A stretch of 64,000 bases of DNA from Zootoca vivipara (GCF_963506605.1 NC_083276.1:28458001-28522000); one strand, 5' to 3'; shown: positions 45,720 through 58,231, counted from the first letter of the stretch. Notes: generated by a model from the sequence alone, not told the origin. Numbers and translations: made by a program.

Positions 45720-46392
45720 TTAAGATTGTAATTCAATATCCATATCTAATGGTATATCGTTCACTTCTTTTCCTTCTTTATCCTCTTCTTCCTCTTCGTC
45801 CGTTCTTTCTTTGTCATCTTCATCGTCTTTTTCATCTTGTAGTGGACCTGGTACTAACTGTTCTGGTACACCCAGAAATTTGTAGTATTTTCTGGCAAAT
45901 TTGTTTATGTCATGTTTATTCTTTGGCGTATGTCTCTTATTTTTATAGTAGAACACCAAACCTTGGGGGTATTCCCATCTATAAGGGATCCCATTTTTAC
46001 TCAACAAGCCTGCCAACTCTTTAAACGGGTCCCTTTTTTTCAGAAATCTAGTCGGTATTTCTTTAAAGATGATAATTGTCTTTCCTTCAAACTTCAAGCT
46101 GTTGTTATAGCTTGACCTCACTATGAAGTTTTTAAATTCCATAGAGGTGAATGTAACCAGACAGTCTCCTGGCAATTTTTTAGATCTTGCCTTAACTGAT
46201 CTCACCCTAATTCTAAACGCATTGCTTATCTTGTTATCCACCTCTTCTTCCTTTAGTTCCAGCCAAGTCGCCAAGCTGTTAACTATTTTGATTCTGATAT
46301 TTTCATTGGGTTCTTCTGGGATCCCCCTAAATTTCAGGTTCAACTGCTTCTGTCTCATTTCTAACATCGCGATATTATCCAGAAGGTCTTCG
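45720..46392 (-). CDS. L1 ORF1p C-terminal part (RRM/CTD-like), 5'-truncated
   Basis: LNLKFRGIPEE, AFRI, YRWEYP motifs typical of non-mammalian L1 ORF1; ends 35 nt before ORF2. Confidence 0.85.
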
Positions 46393-46689
46393 GCGATCTG
46401 GCACTTCTTCGCAGGCACAAGCGGCACGAGTGGCGAAACCCGGAATTACTTCTGGGTTTCCCGTGGTCTGCAACCCGAAAACATGTAACCTGAAGCGACT
46501 GTAACTTGAGGTACGACTGTAGTTATTTAAAAGCAACATTTTAATAGTACAGTCACCTATTTGTTGCTGGCCCTGGGGATAATAGCTTCATTGATGAACA
46601 AGAAACTGTGATGGTACTCCAGAAACCCGCTAAAGGGCAAGAAACTGCAGGAAGAAAGTAGCTGCAGGGAACAACTCATGGTTTCAGTT

Positions 46690-47850
46690 CTCTCTACACA
46701 AATGCGCAGAGTATGGGAAAGAAACAAGATGAACTGGAGCTTTTAATACAGGATGGCAAATACGACCTTATAAGCATGACTCAAACCTGGTGGTATGAGA
46801 CTCATGACTGGAATGTAGGAATTAAGGGGTATAACCTGTTCAAAAGGAATAGACCAAACAGGAAGGGAGGAGGAGTAGCATTGTATATAAAGGATGTGTA
46901 TACTTGTGAAGAAATCCATGATCTGGAGCATGAAAAGCAGATTGAGAGTATATGGGTAAAAATTGTAGGAGAGAGAAACAACAGTGACCTTACTATGGGT
47001 GTCTGCTATAGCCCGCCTAGCCAAACTGAAGCCTTGGATGATGCCTTATTAGAGCAGATTACCAAACATTTTAAAAGGAGAGAAGTAGTAATCATGGGGG
47101 ATTTCAACTTCGCAACTATCTGTTGGGACTCAAACTCTGCCAAGTGTAAGGTCTGACAAATTCCTCCATTGCCTCGATGACAATTTCATTTCCCAGAAGG
47201 TGGAAGAACCAACAAGGGGATCATCTATCTTGGACCTGGTCCTCACCAATAGGGAGGAACTGATTAATGAAGTGGAAGTGCCTGGAAACTTGGGAGGAAG
47301 TGATCATATTCTCCTGGGTTTCAGGATACAGAGGCAAGGGAAAACTGAATGTAGTCAGATACGCACTCTAGACTTTAAGAAGGCCAATTTCAAAAAGCCG
47401 AAGGGGTGTGATCCCGTGGTCAGAAATACCCAATGAGATGGTAATCCAAGAAGGACAGGAGTTTCTAAAATGAGAAATATTGAAGACCCAAATGCAGACA
47501 ATATTAACAAGAACGAAAAGTGGGAGGCATCTAAGGAAACCGGTGTGGCTGCATAAGGAGCTTACAGTTGAGCTGAGAGTTAAGAAGGGCATGTACAGTA
47601 AAAGAAATGGAAGAAAGAGAAAATCACAAAGGAGTAGTATACATGAGTAGCCAACAGTTGCAGGGGGAAAGTCAGGCTGGCTAAAGCTCAGAATGAGCTC
47701 AGGTTTGCAAGACAGGTTAAAAATAATAATAAAAGGTTTCTTCGGTTATGTCCGATGTAAGAGGAAGAACAAGCAAGTGGTCTTCTGCATGGGGAACCCG
47801 GAGAAATGCTATTGGGTGACAGAGAAAATGTGGAACTACTCAACACCACT
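46690..47850 (+). mobile_element. CR1 ORF2 N-terminal (APE) relic
   Basis: YTNAQSMGKKQDELE, RKGGGVALY, MGDFN, LDLVLTNREEL, LGGSDH with stops. Confidence 0.88.
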
Positions 47851-48279
47851 ATTCAGTGCTGTCTTATTAAGCACCTTGAATTACCTGAGAATATCCTCCC
47901 TGCTTTTCATTTTCTGAAGGAGATTGAGAGAAGTAGTGTCCTGTAGCAGGACTCCTGGGAGTCTGGTTTCACAAGGGAGTCTCCTAAGCATCCATTCCTT
48001 TCTTTGTTAAGTGCTTGAGGAAGAGATAAGGAACTTTTTTCTCATTAACAGAAAGGTCCTGTTGATTACAGAAGAGGGAAAAACAAACTATAGTTTGCTG
48101 TGGCACATTACAGCCATAATGAGGCTCAGAAGAGCTAACTGATGAGTATTGGAGATGGTTATTGATTTTTAAATGACGGACGATTCAGCACACAGAAGTG
48201 AATCTAGGAGCCAGACTCATTCTTCATGCCATGTTTCTTGGTTACATATAATCAGCACAATACAAAGAGAGGAGAGTAC

Positions 48280-48912
48280 AGTACGTTCTTGGCATCCGTC
48301 CGTCTTGGGAGGCAATGAAGGAGTGCACCTTTGATGGTGACGCTCCCCCTCCCAGTTTGTTGCCATCTGCAATTTTGATGAGCATCCCCTCAATTCCTTT
48401 ATCCAAGTTGTTTGAATCGGAGTAAATTGGGTTTTCTGTGGGTTGCCGTTTGCTCCAGTACAACGGTAAAATGGGTTTTTTCCCAGGGAAAGCACCGGAG
48501 CTAAAATAAAATAAAAACACAACTTGGACATGCGGCATTAAAGTGGAGACCTGTGACTGGAAAACATGGTGCAAAAGGAAGTCCGGATGAGCCTTTAGGT
48601 TCTATTAAAATATGTTTGCCAGTCTTTTTGACCTTGAGATTATTCTTTGACCATTGCACCCACTATTGGTGCCGCCTGCTCAATCTGCTGGAGCCTGTCT
48701 TCGTGGGCAGGGGGAAGTCCCTAACTCACCAGGGGTTTAAAGACCTATTGGCTACTCTCACCTTGTTTAACTGATCAGTCAAAGCCAGTTCCGGGGTGTG
48801 GCCACTGCTGCATGTTGACTAGGAGCCACAGGTGAGAGCTGAGTGTATGGTAGGGACCAATGACAGACAAACTACCTCAGAAGGAGCATGGCGGGTTCCC
48901 CAGCAGAGATAC
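48280..48912 (-). mobile_element. Degenerate RTE-derived element (5'UTR-like and 3' end), with a CR1 RT-like fragment inside
   Basis: Minus strand cactcagctctcacctgtggctcc...gtggccacacccc resembles RTE-1 5' ends (from recall). Confidence 0.5.
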
Positions 48913-48992
48913 GGTAGTAGGAAAAACGTGCATGGGCTGCTGTGTGTTTCAGGGTCTCCGAAGAAGAAACACGAGAGAACTAGATATTAAAA

Positions 48993-49010
48993 CACACACA
49001 CACACACACA
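48993..49010 (+). repeat. (CA)n microsatellite
   Basis: acacacacacacacaca; a (GT)n tract also lies at about 63656-63673. Confidence 0.85.
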
Positions 49011-49671
49011 GCCTGCTGTCAACATCCTAGGCATCCTAGGACAGCGGCTAGAAATAGAAATACTTTATTGTCACTGTACCACTTGTTTACAATGAGATTA
49101 AATGAGCCCCCCCCCCAATCTCTCAGTCCTTGTTACACTCTGTGTGCTGTTGTACAACCACCAACCCTGAACGTCAGCTGCAATGTTAGAAACTGTTCTT
49201 TAGCCTCCAGGGTCCAGTTCCAGCCCCTCTATATCAATTGTGTCTTGAACCTGCATTTAACTTTCCCATAATACCCTTGGAGAGGCGCCATGTCAGGTGC
49301 TCTGGGCATTATGGGAAATTAAAATGGTCACACCTGGCCACCTTTGAATTGTTGCTGATGTTACAAGTGCCATGAAAGCCTAAAGGGGCATTTTGCCCAG
49401 GAACCACTCAAGCCTGTAGCCTTTCTTGAACGCCATCATGCAAGGAGGATATTGTTCTATTTGGGCCTGTCAGCCACTATCATTCAAGATAAACAAAGAG
49501 GAGGCATATATCAGTTGTGTTTGTTATAGGATACAAGGTGGAAATAGGCCCGTATCACATCTCCTGGCCCAATATGGCAGCCATGAAACCCAGTTTGGAA
49601 AAGATAATTCCGCCTGGCCTTTGGGTTAGACTCAGCCTGACCCCTGTGTTTTTCTCCCTCATGGCTTGGAT

Positions 49672-49889
49672 TTATGGCCTACTTGAAATGAGGCTGCATT
49701 TTAAATTTTAATACTGTATTTTAATCTGTATTTTAACTAATTGTTTTTATGTTTTATTGTGGTTCTGTTGGTGTCAGCCACTTATGGCCTACTTGAAATG
49801 AGGCTGCACTTTAAATTTTAATACTGTATTTTAATCTGTATTTTAATTAATTGTTTTTATGTTTTATTGTGGTTCTGTTGGTGTCAGCC
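49672..49889 (+). repeat. 110-bp-period tandem duplication within an L2-like 3' end
   Basis: ttatggcctacttgaaatg...gtgtcagcc at 49672-49779 and 49782-49889, about 2 mismatches. Confidence 0.9.
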
Positions 49890-51039
49890 GCCCTGAGCCC
49901 GGTTTTTGACTGGGGAGGGCGGGGTATAAATAAAAATTTATTATTTATTATTATTACATTAGGTGGCCTATCTTGTGTTTTGAAAAGCCTGCCTTCTGGA
50001 TGATCCCTTGCCATTTCTGATCTGCTCCTTCCCCCTTGTGGCTGCTCCTGGCATAACAGTTAAACGCCACGCAGATTACAGCTGCTGGACGCCTTTGAAC
50101 ACAATGCCATTTCTGTTAAGAACCAGACCGAGTGCTTAGAAGCACGTTCCACCACCGGTGCCTTGACTCACACAGCACTTGGCGCACTGCAAAACAAGGG
50201 GGTGGGGGAGAGAGAGAGAATTATCCCCCGGCAGAATCATGAGCGATTTGGGAGTTTCTGCCTTTTTTTCTTGCAGGGTTTATGTGCCTTTATTTAGCAG
50301 CAGCCTGGCATGTGGGCTTCAGCCTGGAGATGCAGTGATGGAGAAAGATAAACCTGTTGATCTGGGAAGGTGAGGCTCTAGCTGACTCCAGTAGCAGATG
50401 CTGCTCCTGCATCTCATCCTGCATCCTGCAGATAAAGGCGCAGAAAGACCATCCCCCAATAACTGGTCCTCTGCCTGACACATTTCCACCTGGCCTGGGA
50501 GGGCAGTGGCCTGGCTGACTTCAGCTACTGAGGCTCCTCCCTGACACGTTTGGGGGAATTTTTTTGGGGGGGGGGTTAGTTTGCCACCATGGAGATAATA
50601 CGGTCTTTTACGAAATGTGTTTGAGCTATTCAAGAACATATTTCTGTTGTATCTCAATATTAATTTGTTGATTGTTCTAGTGAGCCACTTTGAGCACAGA
50701 TTGGAAAAGCAGCATTTAAATAAGCTCGACGATAATGTGTTTTCTCTCATCACACAGCTGTTAGTAAGAGCCTTACATTGGGGACTGTTCAAAGCTCCTG
50801 TTTCCGTGTGACCAATAAAACTCAACAGGTTTGTTAGGCATATAGAAATCTTATGTACATACACACTGCATCTAAGGAGTGATGGCAATGTTTCATCATA
50901 CTAACAGCATACTGCTAAGTTAGGGGTGGTTTTTGTTTCAGGGGCCGAAGGCTGCACTTTAAAATCAACAACACGCCTTTATTTTTGAATTTTCATCATA
51001 GTGACAAAAGAACAAATACTGTACATCTAAGATAAATCC

Positions 51040-51402
51040 CCAGTTGTATACCTGAAGGAGCGTCTCCACCCCCATCGTTCTGCCCGGACACTGAGGTCCA
51101 GCTCCGAGGGCCTTCTGGCGGTTCCCTCATTACGAGAAGCCAAGTTACAGGGAACCAGGCAGAGGGCCTTCTCGGTAGTGGCACCCACCCTGTGGAATGC
51201 CCTCCCACTAGAGGTCAAAGAGAACAACAATTACCAGACCTTTAGAAGGCATCTCAAGGCAGCCCTGTTTAGGGAAGCTTTTAATGTTTGATGGATTTCT
51301 GTATTTTAGAATTTCTGTTTTTTTGGAAGCCGCCCAGAGTGGCTGGGGGAACCCGGCCAGATGGGCGGGGTATAAATAATAAATTATTATTATTATTATT
51401 AT
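51040..51402 (+). mobile_element. L2 LINE 3' end
   Basis: YLKERL...RTLRSS...RAFSVVAPTLWNALP; 3'UTR gccgcccagagtggctgggg...gggcggggtataaat then (tta)n. Confidence 0.85.
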
Positions 51403-52419
51403 TCCCCCACCCCTCACAACAGCACATGCTGAACCCACAAAAAGCAAGACAAGCATCTTAAACCTAGGATCCATTTTTAACCCAAACATGCATTTGGGGA
51501 CCCATTTTTCAATCTTTTATCATATATTGGCATGGTGGTAGTGCTCCTGTTATGGCCCAGCTGGATTCAGGACATGGCCCAGCAGTTGAAGATCAGTGAG
51601 GTAAGTGATCTATGCCACATTTTGTTTTGTGAGTAACTGCAGTCATTGAAGATAAGATAAAATAACATGTTATGTGCTGGTGGTGGAGTCATCTCTGGAT
51701 TTGTCGTCATACTGCCTTGTCTGATGTATTAAATAAACATATCAAGTTCCTTCAGAGTAATATTTGGGGTTTTTTTTGCTTGTTTGTTTTTAGAGCTTTA
51801 AGTTGCTTTGTCAATTTTTCCATGAGGGCAATGTTTCAAACTTTCTAGTCATGCCTCCCGTGATAGATTGGCAGCTATTCTCCAATAGGTGATCTATTAT
51901 TTGCTTAGCTGCTATAAAAATGATTAGCTTTAAACATCAGGGGTGGGATCCAACTAACTAGTGCTGCTAGCGGAAGCCTGAGCAAGGACTTTGGCACTGG
52001 GTCTTTTCTCCCTCTCCTCCCCCTCGTACCCTCTAAAATGGGCTGGGGGGGAGGAGAACCCCCAGAACAGTGCAAGGGGGGGAATCATTCTGACTGGCAT
52101 GCTGAAAAGCTTGTGCTGGTTGAATGATCCAATTAAAAATACACAAGGTGGTTTGCAATAGAAAATCATCTATCAGGTGATATTGTTTATTTGAGTATAT
52201 GGTGCCATAGCAACGCAAGGTCTTTACACATCCACCACTCTATCCAATGGTCAGCAGTCTCTCTCCATTAGACACAGGGAGTAAGTACTAAGATAGAGGT
52301 AAGTATTAAGATAGAGGTTGTACGACCATATTGTTGCCAAGTATGCCTTCTCAAATATCTGGTGCATGGTCCCTTTAAGATGAAAAATCACACCATTCCA
52401 AACTGCACCTCTCAAAGTA

Positions 52420-52778
52420 CAGGTGAAACTTGGAAAATTAGAATATTGTTGAAAAATGCATTTATTTCAGTAATGTAACTTATTATTTTTTATGTTTCTT
52501 TTAATTTTTACAAATGCTTTCTTTTGGAAATTCCACAATAATAAAACAAATAGTTACAATAATACAAAAACAAAAATAAACACTGCTATTACATTTCATT
52601 AATTACATTCCATTTATAATTGACCCGCCTAACGACAAATAATTACAATAAATAAAGGCTTGACATATCTTGCTTTGCATGTCATGCATCTATCTCATAT
52701 ATTGGTTTCACCTTTTAAGTTGCATTACTGAAATAAATGCACTTTTCGACGATTTTCTAATTTTCTGAGTTTCACCTG
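52420..52778. mobile_element. Tc1-like non-autonomous element
   Basis: Imperfect TIR of about 60 bp, CAGGTGAAACT...TTATTTCAGTAATG; TA TSD. Confidence 0.85.
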
Positions 52779-52917
52779 TATTGTCACCCAATTTTTTGTG
52801 ACATTTCCTGAGATTGTACATTTGGGTAGCATTTTGAGACAAGATGGGGGACCAAAATGTTTCAACTTATTTTCTTTCTTAGAATTCCAATATTAGTCAA
52901 TATATTGGTGGTCTCAT

Positions 52918-53280
52918 TCTGGCGGTCAACAAAAGAGGTTCAAAGACTCAAGGCAAATCTTTAAAAATGTAGTATAAACACCAACAACTGGGAAACACTG
53001 TCCTGCGAGTGCTCGAATTGGAGAACAGGCTTTACCAAATGTGTCATGGGTTTTGAAGACGCTCAAACTCGGGACGAAAGGGAGAAACGTGCTAAGAGGA
53101 AGGCATGCTTGGCAAACCCTCACCACGATCAACTCCCATGTGGAAATCTATGTCCCCGCTGTGGAAGGATGTGTGGATCCAGAATTGGCCTCCACGGTCA
53201 CTTACGGACTCACTGTTAAGTCCGTGTTGATGGAAGACAATCTTACTTGGCCACATGGTCGCCAAAGAGAAAGAGGACTC
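52918..53280 (+). mobile_element. RTE-clade LINE 3' fragment
   Basis: GGQQKRFKD...CPRCGRMCGSRIGLHGHLRTH-type zinc-finger C-terminus. Confidence 0.8.
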
Positions 53281-53339
53281 ATTACAAAACATGACAGTAT
53301 TGTGTAATTCCTTGGCTGGCCACTGACTGGCCAGAGGCA

Positions 53340-53505
53340 GTATGCTTGTGAAAATCCATTGCTGGAAACTACCGGAGGGGAGAGTTCCTCTTGTGCTTGG
53401 GTCCTGCTTACAGGGTTCCCCTTGGCATCTGGCTGGCCACTGTGAGAACAGGATACTGGACTAGGGGGCCACAGGCCTGATTCAGCAGGCTCTTCTTAAG
53501 TGCTC
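53340..53505 (+). mobile_element. Old CR1-like 3' end
   Basis: ggcatctggctggccactgtgagaacaggatactggactag...gcctgattcagcaggctcttctta. Confidence 0.6.
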
Positions 53506-53920
53506 ATGACCACAACCAATAATTCAAATAATTGAGGTTAGTAGGATTAGATTATTTCGTATTGGAGACGTATTGCCTTTTAGATATTGGATTAACAGGA
53601 TGAACTAAAAAATAAGGCACCTAGGAAGCTGCCTTACACTAAGTCTGGTCATTGGCTCATTGAGCTCAGTACTGTCAACACTGACTGGCAGTTATTCTGC
53701 AGTATTTCATAAGCGAGTCTCTTGCAGGCCTTCCTGGATATGCTGGTGATAGAGCAAATGCTCTCGACCACTGAGGTATGGTCCGTCCATGAAACAAAGG
53801 GAAGGCTAGTACTAAGAGAAGTGTTCCTCTCCAGTGAAAAGCTGTTATCTGTATATTGATTCTAAATTCTAGTGCCTGTAAATTCCACTCAGGTAGTCAC
53901 TGTGGGGAGCATTTAGAATA

Positions 53921-54161
53921 CAGTGGTACCTCAATTTACGAACAGCCCTCTTTATGAACTATTCGGTTTATGAACTCTACAAAACCGGAAGTAGTGTTCT
54001 GGTTGGCGAACTTTACCTCGGTCTATGAACGGAAGCTGAACAGTGGAAGGACACTGGTGGCAGGAGGCCTCATTAGGGAAAGCGCACCTCGGTTTAAGAA
54101 TGGTTTCGGTTTAAGAACGGACTTCCAGAACAAATTAAGTTCATAAACCGAGGTACCACTG
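53921..54161. mobile_element. Tigger/pogo-like MITE
   Basis: TA|CAGTGGTACCTC ... GAGGTACCACTG|TA. Confidence 0.88.
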
Positions 54162-55880
54162 TACTATTTTATACCATATTCTCACCCATAACTCAAGAGT
54201 GCTTGCATTGACCTATAAAGTGCTAGATCTGACATTTTGAAGGCATTTGATTTATCCTACCAATGTTCCAATTTAATGCTATTTTGCAGCGGTTTCCTTT
54301 TATCTTTTCTCGCCATTTTGTTTCTAACGTTGCTTTGATTTTATTGATTTTATTTCTTGAATGGATTTGTACATTTTGTTGTGAGCTGCCTCTGGATATA
54401 AGGCAGAGAGATGGGGAATAAATACAATACGGAAATCAGTCTTGAAAATATTGCAGACTTGCATATTTTATCCTCCCCAACCATTTTGTTTTCAATGGCA
54501 GGAACTTTGTTTTAACACTGAGTGTAGCTGTTGCCATAAAATAACGTGTTTGTGTGTGTACGTAAGACCTAGAAAAATAGGTAACAGTACGCAACCAGAT
54601 GAGTTATACAGAACATCTCTGTTATTGCATATACTTATTAGTTAATGGTAGGCAGACCTCAACCTTTTCTAGCCTCAGGCAAGGCTAAACAATGAATAAT
54701 ATTTTCTCGCCTTTCATTCTTATGTGATGCTTATCTGTCCTGTGTCCTTTGTGGTGCACTACTTCTAGGTTTCTCTCTCTTCCTTTTACGTGCAGTTACT
54801 TGTTTTCATTTAGTCAGGAAATGCTGCAGCAGGAAGTAAGACTAAATTCTTACATAGTTTTTAAAGACACATTCACACAAGAGTGACATCATCAGGAAGT
54901 TGGAGTGAATATAACAGAGAGACAAAAGTGCTGTGCCTGAAATCTAGAGGAAAGTGGGGTTATTCTGACTGAAACCTCTTTATCTGCAAAACAGACCAAT
55001 CTCAGGGAAGCAACAGATCCTCCAAGTGTCCCTATTTTCCAGGTACAGTCCTGGATTTACAGAAGCCATCCCAGTTTCTGATTTGATCCTAGAATGTCCC
55101 ACATTTCCTTAGGATGTCCCTTTTTTCAGCAGAGAAATGTTGGAGGGTATGAAGCAATTAGAAAATAAGTTTAAAAACATACAATGTAATTGGCTACAAA
55201 TCCACCAGTCTTACACTTTGCTCACCTGCAGACCATTCAGCAAAAATCTAGAGAGCATATTCTTTATGAATCTTTAGTCTCACAGAGCTGTAGAATTCAT
55301 ATTATTGCCTACCATCCCAATCTCTAAGCAGTGCAAGATTCCAGGGATTTAAGTCCCATTTACCCAGGGTTTTATATTTCCTTTTGGAAATGAGGCACAG
55401 CCAGGGGCGCTGACTTGTCGTCGTCCCACGGCTCCCCCCCCATGTCACGTGATGTCATGCACACGATGTCGTGCCCCTCTGCGCTTCCTATCCCGCCCCC
55501 ACCCGGCATGCAAGCACTCCCCCAGCAGCAGTTGGAGAAGGAATGCGTGGAGGGTGATCTTCACCCTCTGCACGTCCCACCCTGCACGAAAGTGCTGTTT
55601 GCCGGTGGTGGCCCCTTCGATATTGGTCTCATGTATTGCATTCTCTGTGAGGCTTCCTTTACATCTGGCCTGGAGGCTACATCTGGTGTAAAGTGCTGTG
55701 GCCTGGGAGGTGAGTGCTTTTCTGCTTGTGTGGTGGCACCTCGGTAAAACGTAAAACCACTTGTTAGTGTTTGTAGCAGTTTCCCCCGGAGGCAGAGGAC
55801 AAGAACAAGAGTCATACTCAAATTCAGTCAAGAGCTTCTTTATTGCTTGACTGATTGCACAAGCATTTCTGTTACTATTA

Positions 55881-56125
55881 AAGGTAAAGGTAAAGGGACC
55901 CCTGACCATTAGGTCGTCGTGACTGACTCTGGGGTTGCGGCACTCATCTTGCGTTATTGGCCGAGGGAGCCAGCATACAGCTTCCAGGTCATGTGGCCAG
56001 CATGACAAAGCCGCTTCTGGCAAACCAGAGCAGCACACGGAAACGCTGTTTACCTTCCCGCTGTAGCGGTACCTATTTATCTACTTGCACTTTGATGTGC
56101 TTTCGAACTGCTAGGTTGGCAGGAG
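55881..56125 (-). mobile_element. Sauria SINE, 5'-truncated
   Basis: aaggtaaaggtaaagggacccctgacc tail; 12-bp TSD CTGTTACTATTA (55869-55880 and 56126-56137). Confidence 0.88.
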
Positions 56126-56186
56126 CTGTTACTATTATATACAAGCTATTTACATTCCTTCTTTATCTCTGGGCCAGTAAGACACA

Positions 56187-58231
56187 ATCTCAATCAAATC
56201 CCTTATGAACAAACAGTGGAAGTGAGGAACAGGTTTAAGGATTTAGATTTGGTGGACAGAGTGCCTGAAGAACTATGGATGGAGGCTCATAACATTATAC
56301 AGGAGGCAGCAACGAAAACCATCCCAATGAAAAGGAAATGCAAGAAAGCAAAGTGGCTGTCCAATGAGCCCTTACAAATAGCAGGGGAGAGAAGGCAGGC
56401 AAAATGCGAGGGAGATAGTGAAAGATACAGGAAATTGAATGCAGACTTCCTAAAAATAGCAAGGAGAGACAAGAGGGTCTTCTTAAATGAGCAATGCAAA
56501 GAAAGAGGGGAAAACAACAGAATGGGAAAAACCAGAGATCTGTTCAAGAAAATTGGAGATATGAAAGGAACATTTCGTACAAAGATTACCATTACAAAGG
56601 ACAAAAGTGGAAGGGACCTAACAGAAGCAGAAAACATCAAGAAGAGGTGGCAAGAATACACAGAGGAATTATACCAGAAAGATATGGAGGTCTTGTATAC
56701 CCCAGGTAGTGTGATTGCTGACCTTGAGCCAGACATCCTGGAGAGTGAAGTCAAATGGGCCTTAGAAAGCACTGCTAATAACAAGGCCAGTGGAAGTGAT
56801 GATATTCCAGCTGAACTATTTAAAATTTTAAAAGATGACGCTGTTAACGGTGCCACACTCAATATGCCAGCAAGTTTGCAAAACTCAGCAGTGGCCAGAG
56901 GATTGGAGATCAGTCTACATCCCAATGAAGGGCAGTGCCAAAGAATGCTCCAACTACCACACAATTGCGCTAATTTCACATGCTAGCAAGGTTATGCTTA
57001 AAATTCTACAAGGCAGGCTTAAGCAGTATGTGGACCGAGAACTCTCAGAAGTGCAAGCTGAATTTTGAAGAGGCAAAGGAACCAGAGACCAAATTGCAAA
57101 CCTGCGCTGGATTATGGAGAAAGCTAGAGCGTTCCAGAAAAGCATCTACTTCTGCTTCATTGACTACACAAAAGCATTTGACTGTGTCGACCACAGCAAA
57201 CTATGGCAAGTTCTTAAAGAAATGGGAGTGCCTGATCACCTCATCTGTCTCCTGAGAAATCTCTATGTGGGACAAGAAGCTACAGTTAGAACTGGATATG
57301 GAATAACTGATTGGTTCAAAATTGGGAAAGGAGTATGAAAATGCTGTATATTGTCTCCCTGCTTATTTAACTTATATGCAGAATTCATCATGCAAAAGGT
57401 TGGACTGGATGAATCCCAAGCCGGAATTAAGATTGCTGGAAGAAATATCAACAACCTCAGATATGCTGATGAGACAACCTTGATGGCAGAAAGTGAGGAG
57501 GAACTAAAGAACCTTTTAATGAGGGTGAAAGAGGAGAGCACAAAATATGGTCTGAAGCTGAACATAAAAAAAAAACTAAGATCATGGCCACTGGTCCCAT
57601 CACCTCCTGGCAAATAGAAGGGGAAGAAATGGAGGCAGTGAGAGATTTTACTTTCTTGGGTTCCATGATCACTGCAGATGGTGACAGCAGTCCTGAAATT
57701 AAAAGACGCCTGCTTCTTGGGAGAAAAGCAATGACAAACCTAGACAGCATCTTAAAAAGCAGAGACATCACCTTGCCGACAAAGGTCCGTATAGTTAAAG
57801 CTACGGTTTTCCCAGTAGTGATGAATGGAAGTGAGAACTGGACCATAAAGAAGGCTGATCGCCAAAGAATTGATGCTTTTGAAATATGGTGCTGGAGGAG
57901 ACTCTTGAGAGTCCCATGGACTGCAAGATCAAACCTATCCATTCTTAAGGAAATCAGCCCTGAGTGCTCACTGGAAGGACAGAGCCTGAAGCTGAGGCTC
58001 CAATACTTTGGCCACCTCATGAGAAGAGAAGACTCCCTGGAAAAGACCCTGATGTTGGGAAAGATGGAGGGCACAAGGAGAAGGGGACGACAGAGGACGA
58101 GATGGTTGGACAGCGTTCTTGAAGCCACCAATTTGAATCTGACCAAACTGCAGGAGGCACTGGAAGACAGGAGTGCCTGGCGTGCTATGGTCCATGGGGT
58201 CACGAAGAGTCGGACACGACTAAACAACAAC
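56187..58231 (+). mobile_element. BovB LINE, 5'-truncated and frameshifted
   Basis: VEVRNRFKDLDLVDRVPEEL, FIDYTKAFDCVDH, NLRYADET, IDAFEIWCWRRLL; (CAA)n tail. Confidence 0.95.

Larger units (their letters stand above)
41757..46392 (-). mobile_element. Young 5'-truncated L1-clade LINE (partial ORF1, intact ORF2, short 3'UTR, poly-A)
   Basis: 17-bp TSD GCGATCTGGCACTTCTT (41740-41756 and 46393-46409); poly(T) on plus to about 41769; inserted in a Tigger-like MITE. Confidence 0.95.
41642..46519. mobile_element. Tigger/pogo-like MITE split by the L1 (arms about 41642-41756 and 46393-46519)
   Basis: CAGTGGAACCTCG ... GAGGTACGACTG termini, TA on the right side. Confidence 0.75.

Noticed and set aside
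46393-46427. N-terminus MPLVPAKKCQI of the 235-aa ORF as the true L1 ORF1 start
   Set aside because: It is read from the TSD and host MITE; the same KKCQIA appears in ORF 41616-41816 at the other TSD.
55400-55750. Overlapping 80-197 aa ORFs in a GC-rich patch
   Set aside because: No recognisable domain or splice structure; part of the longest ORF runs through a Sauria SINE.
56287-58230. 230-aa and 257-aa minus-strand ORFs
   Set aside because: Antisense shadows of BovB; the same applies to 466-876.
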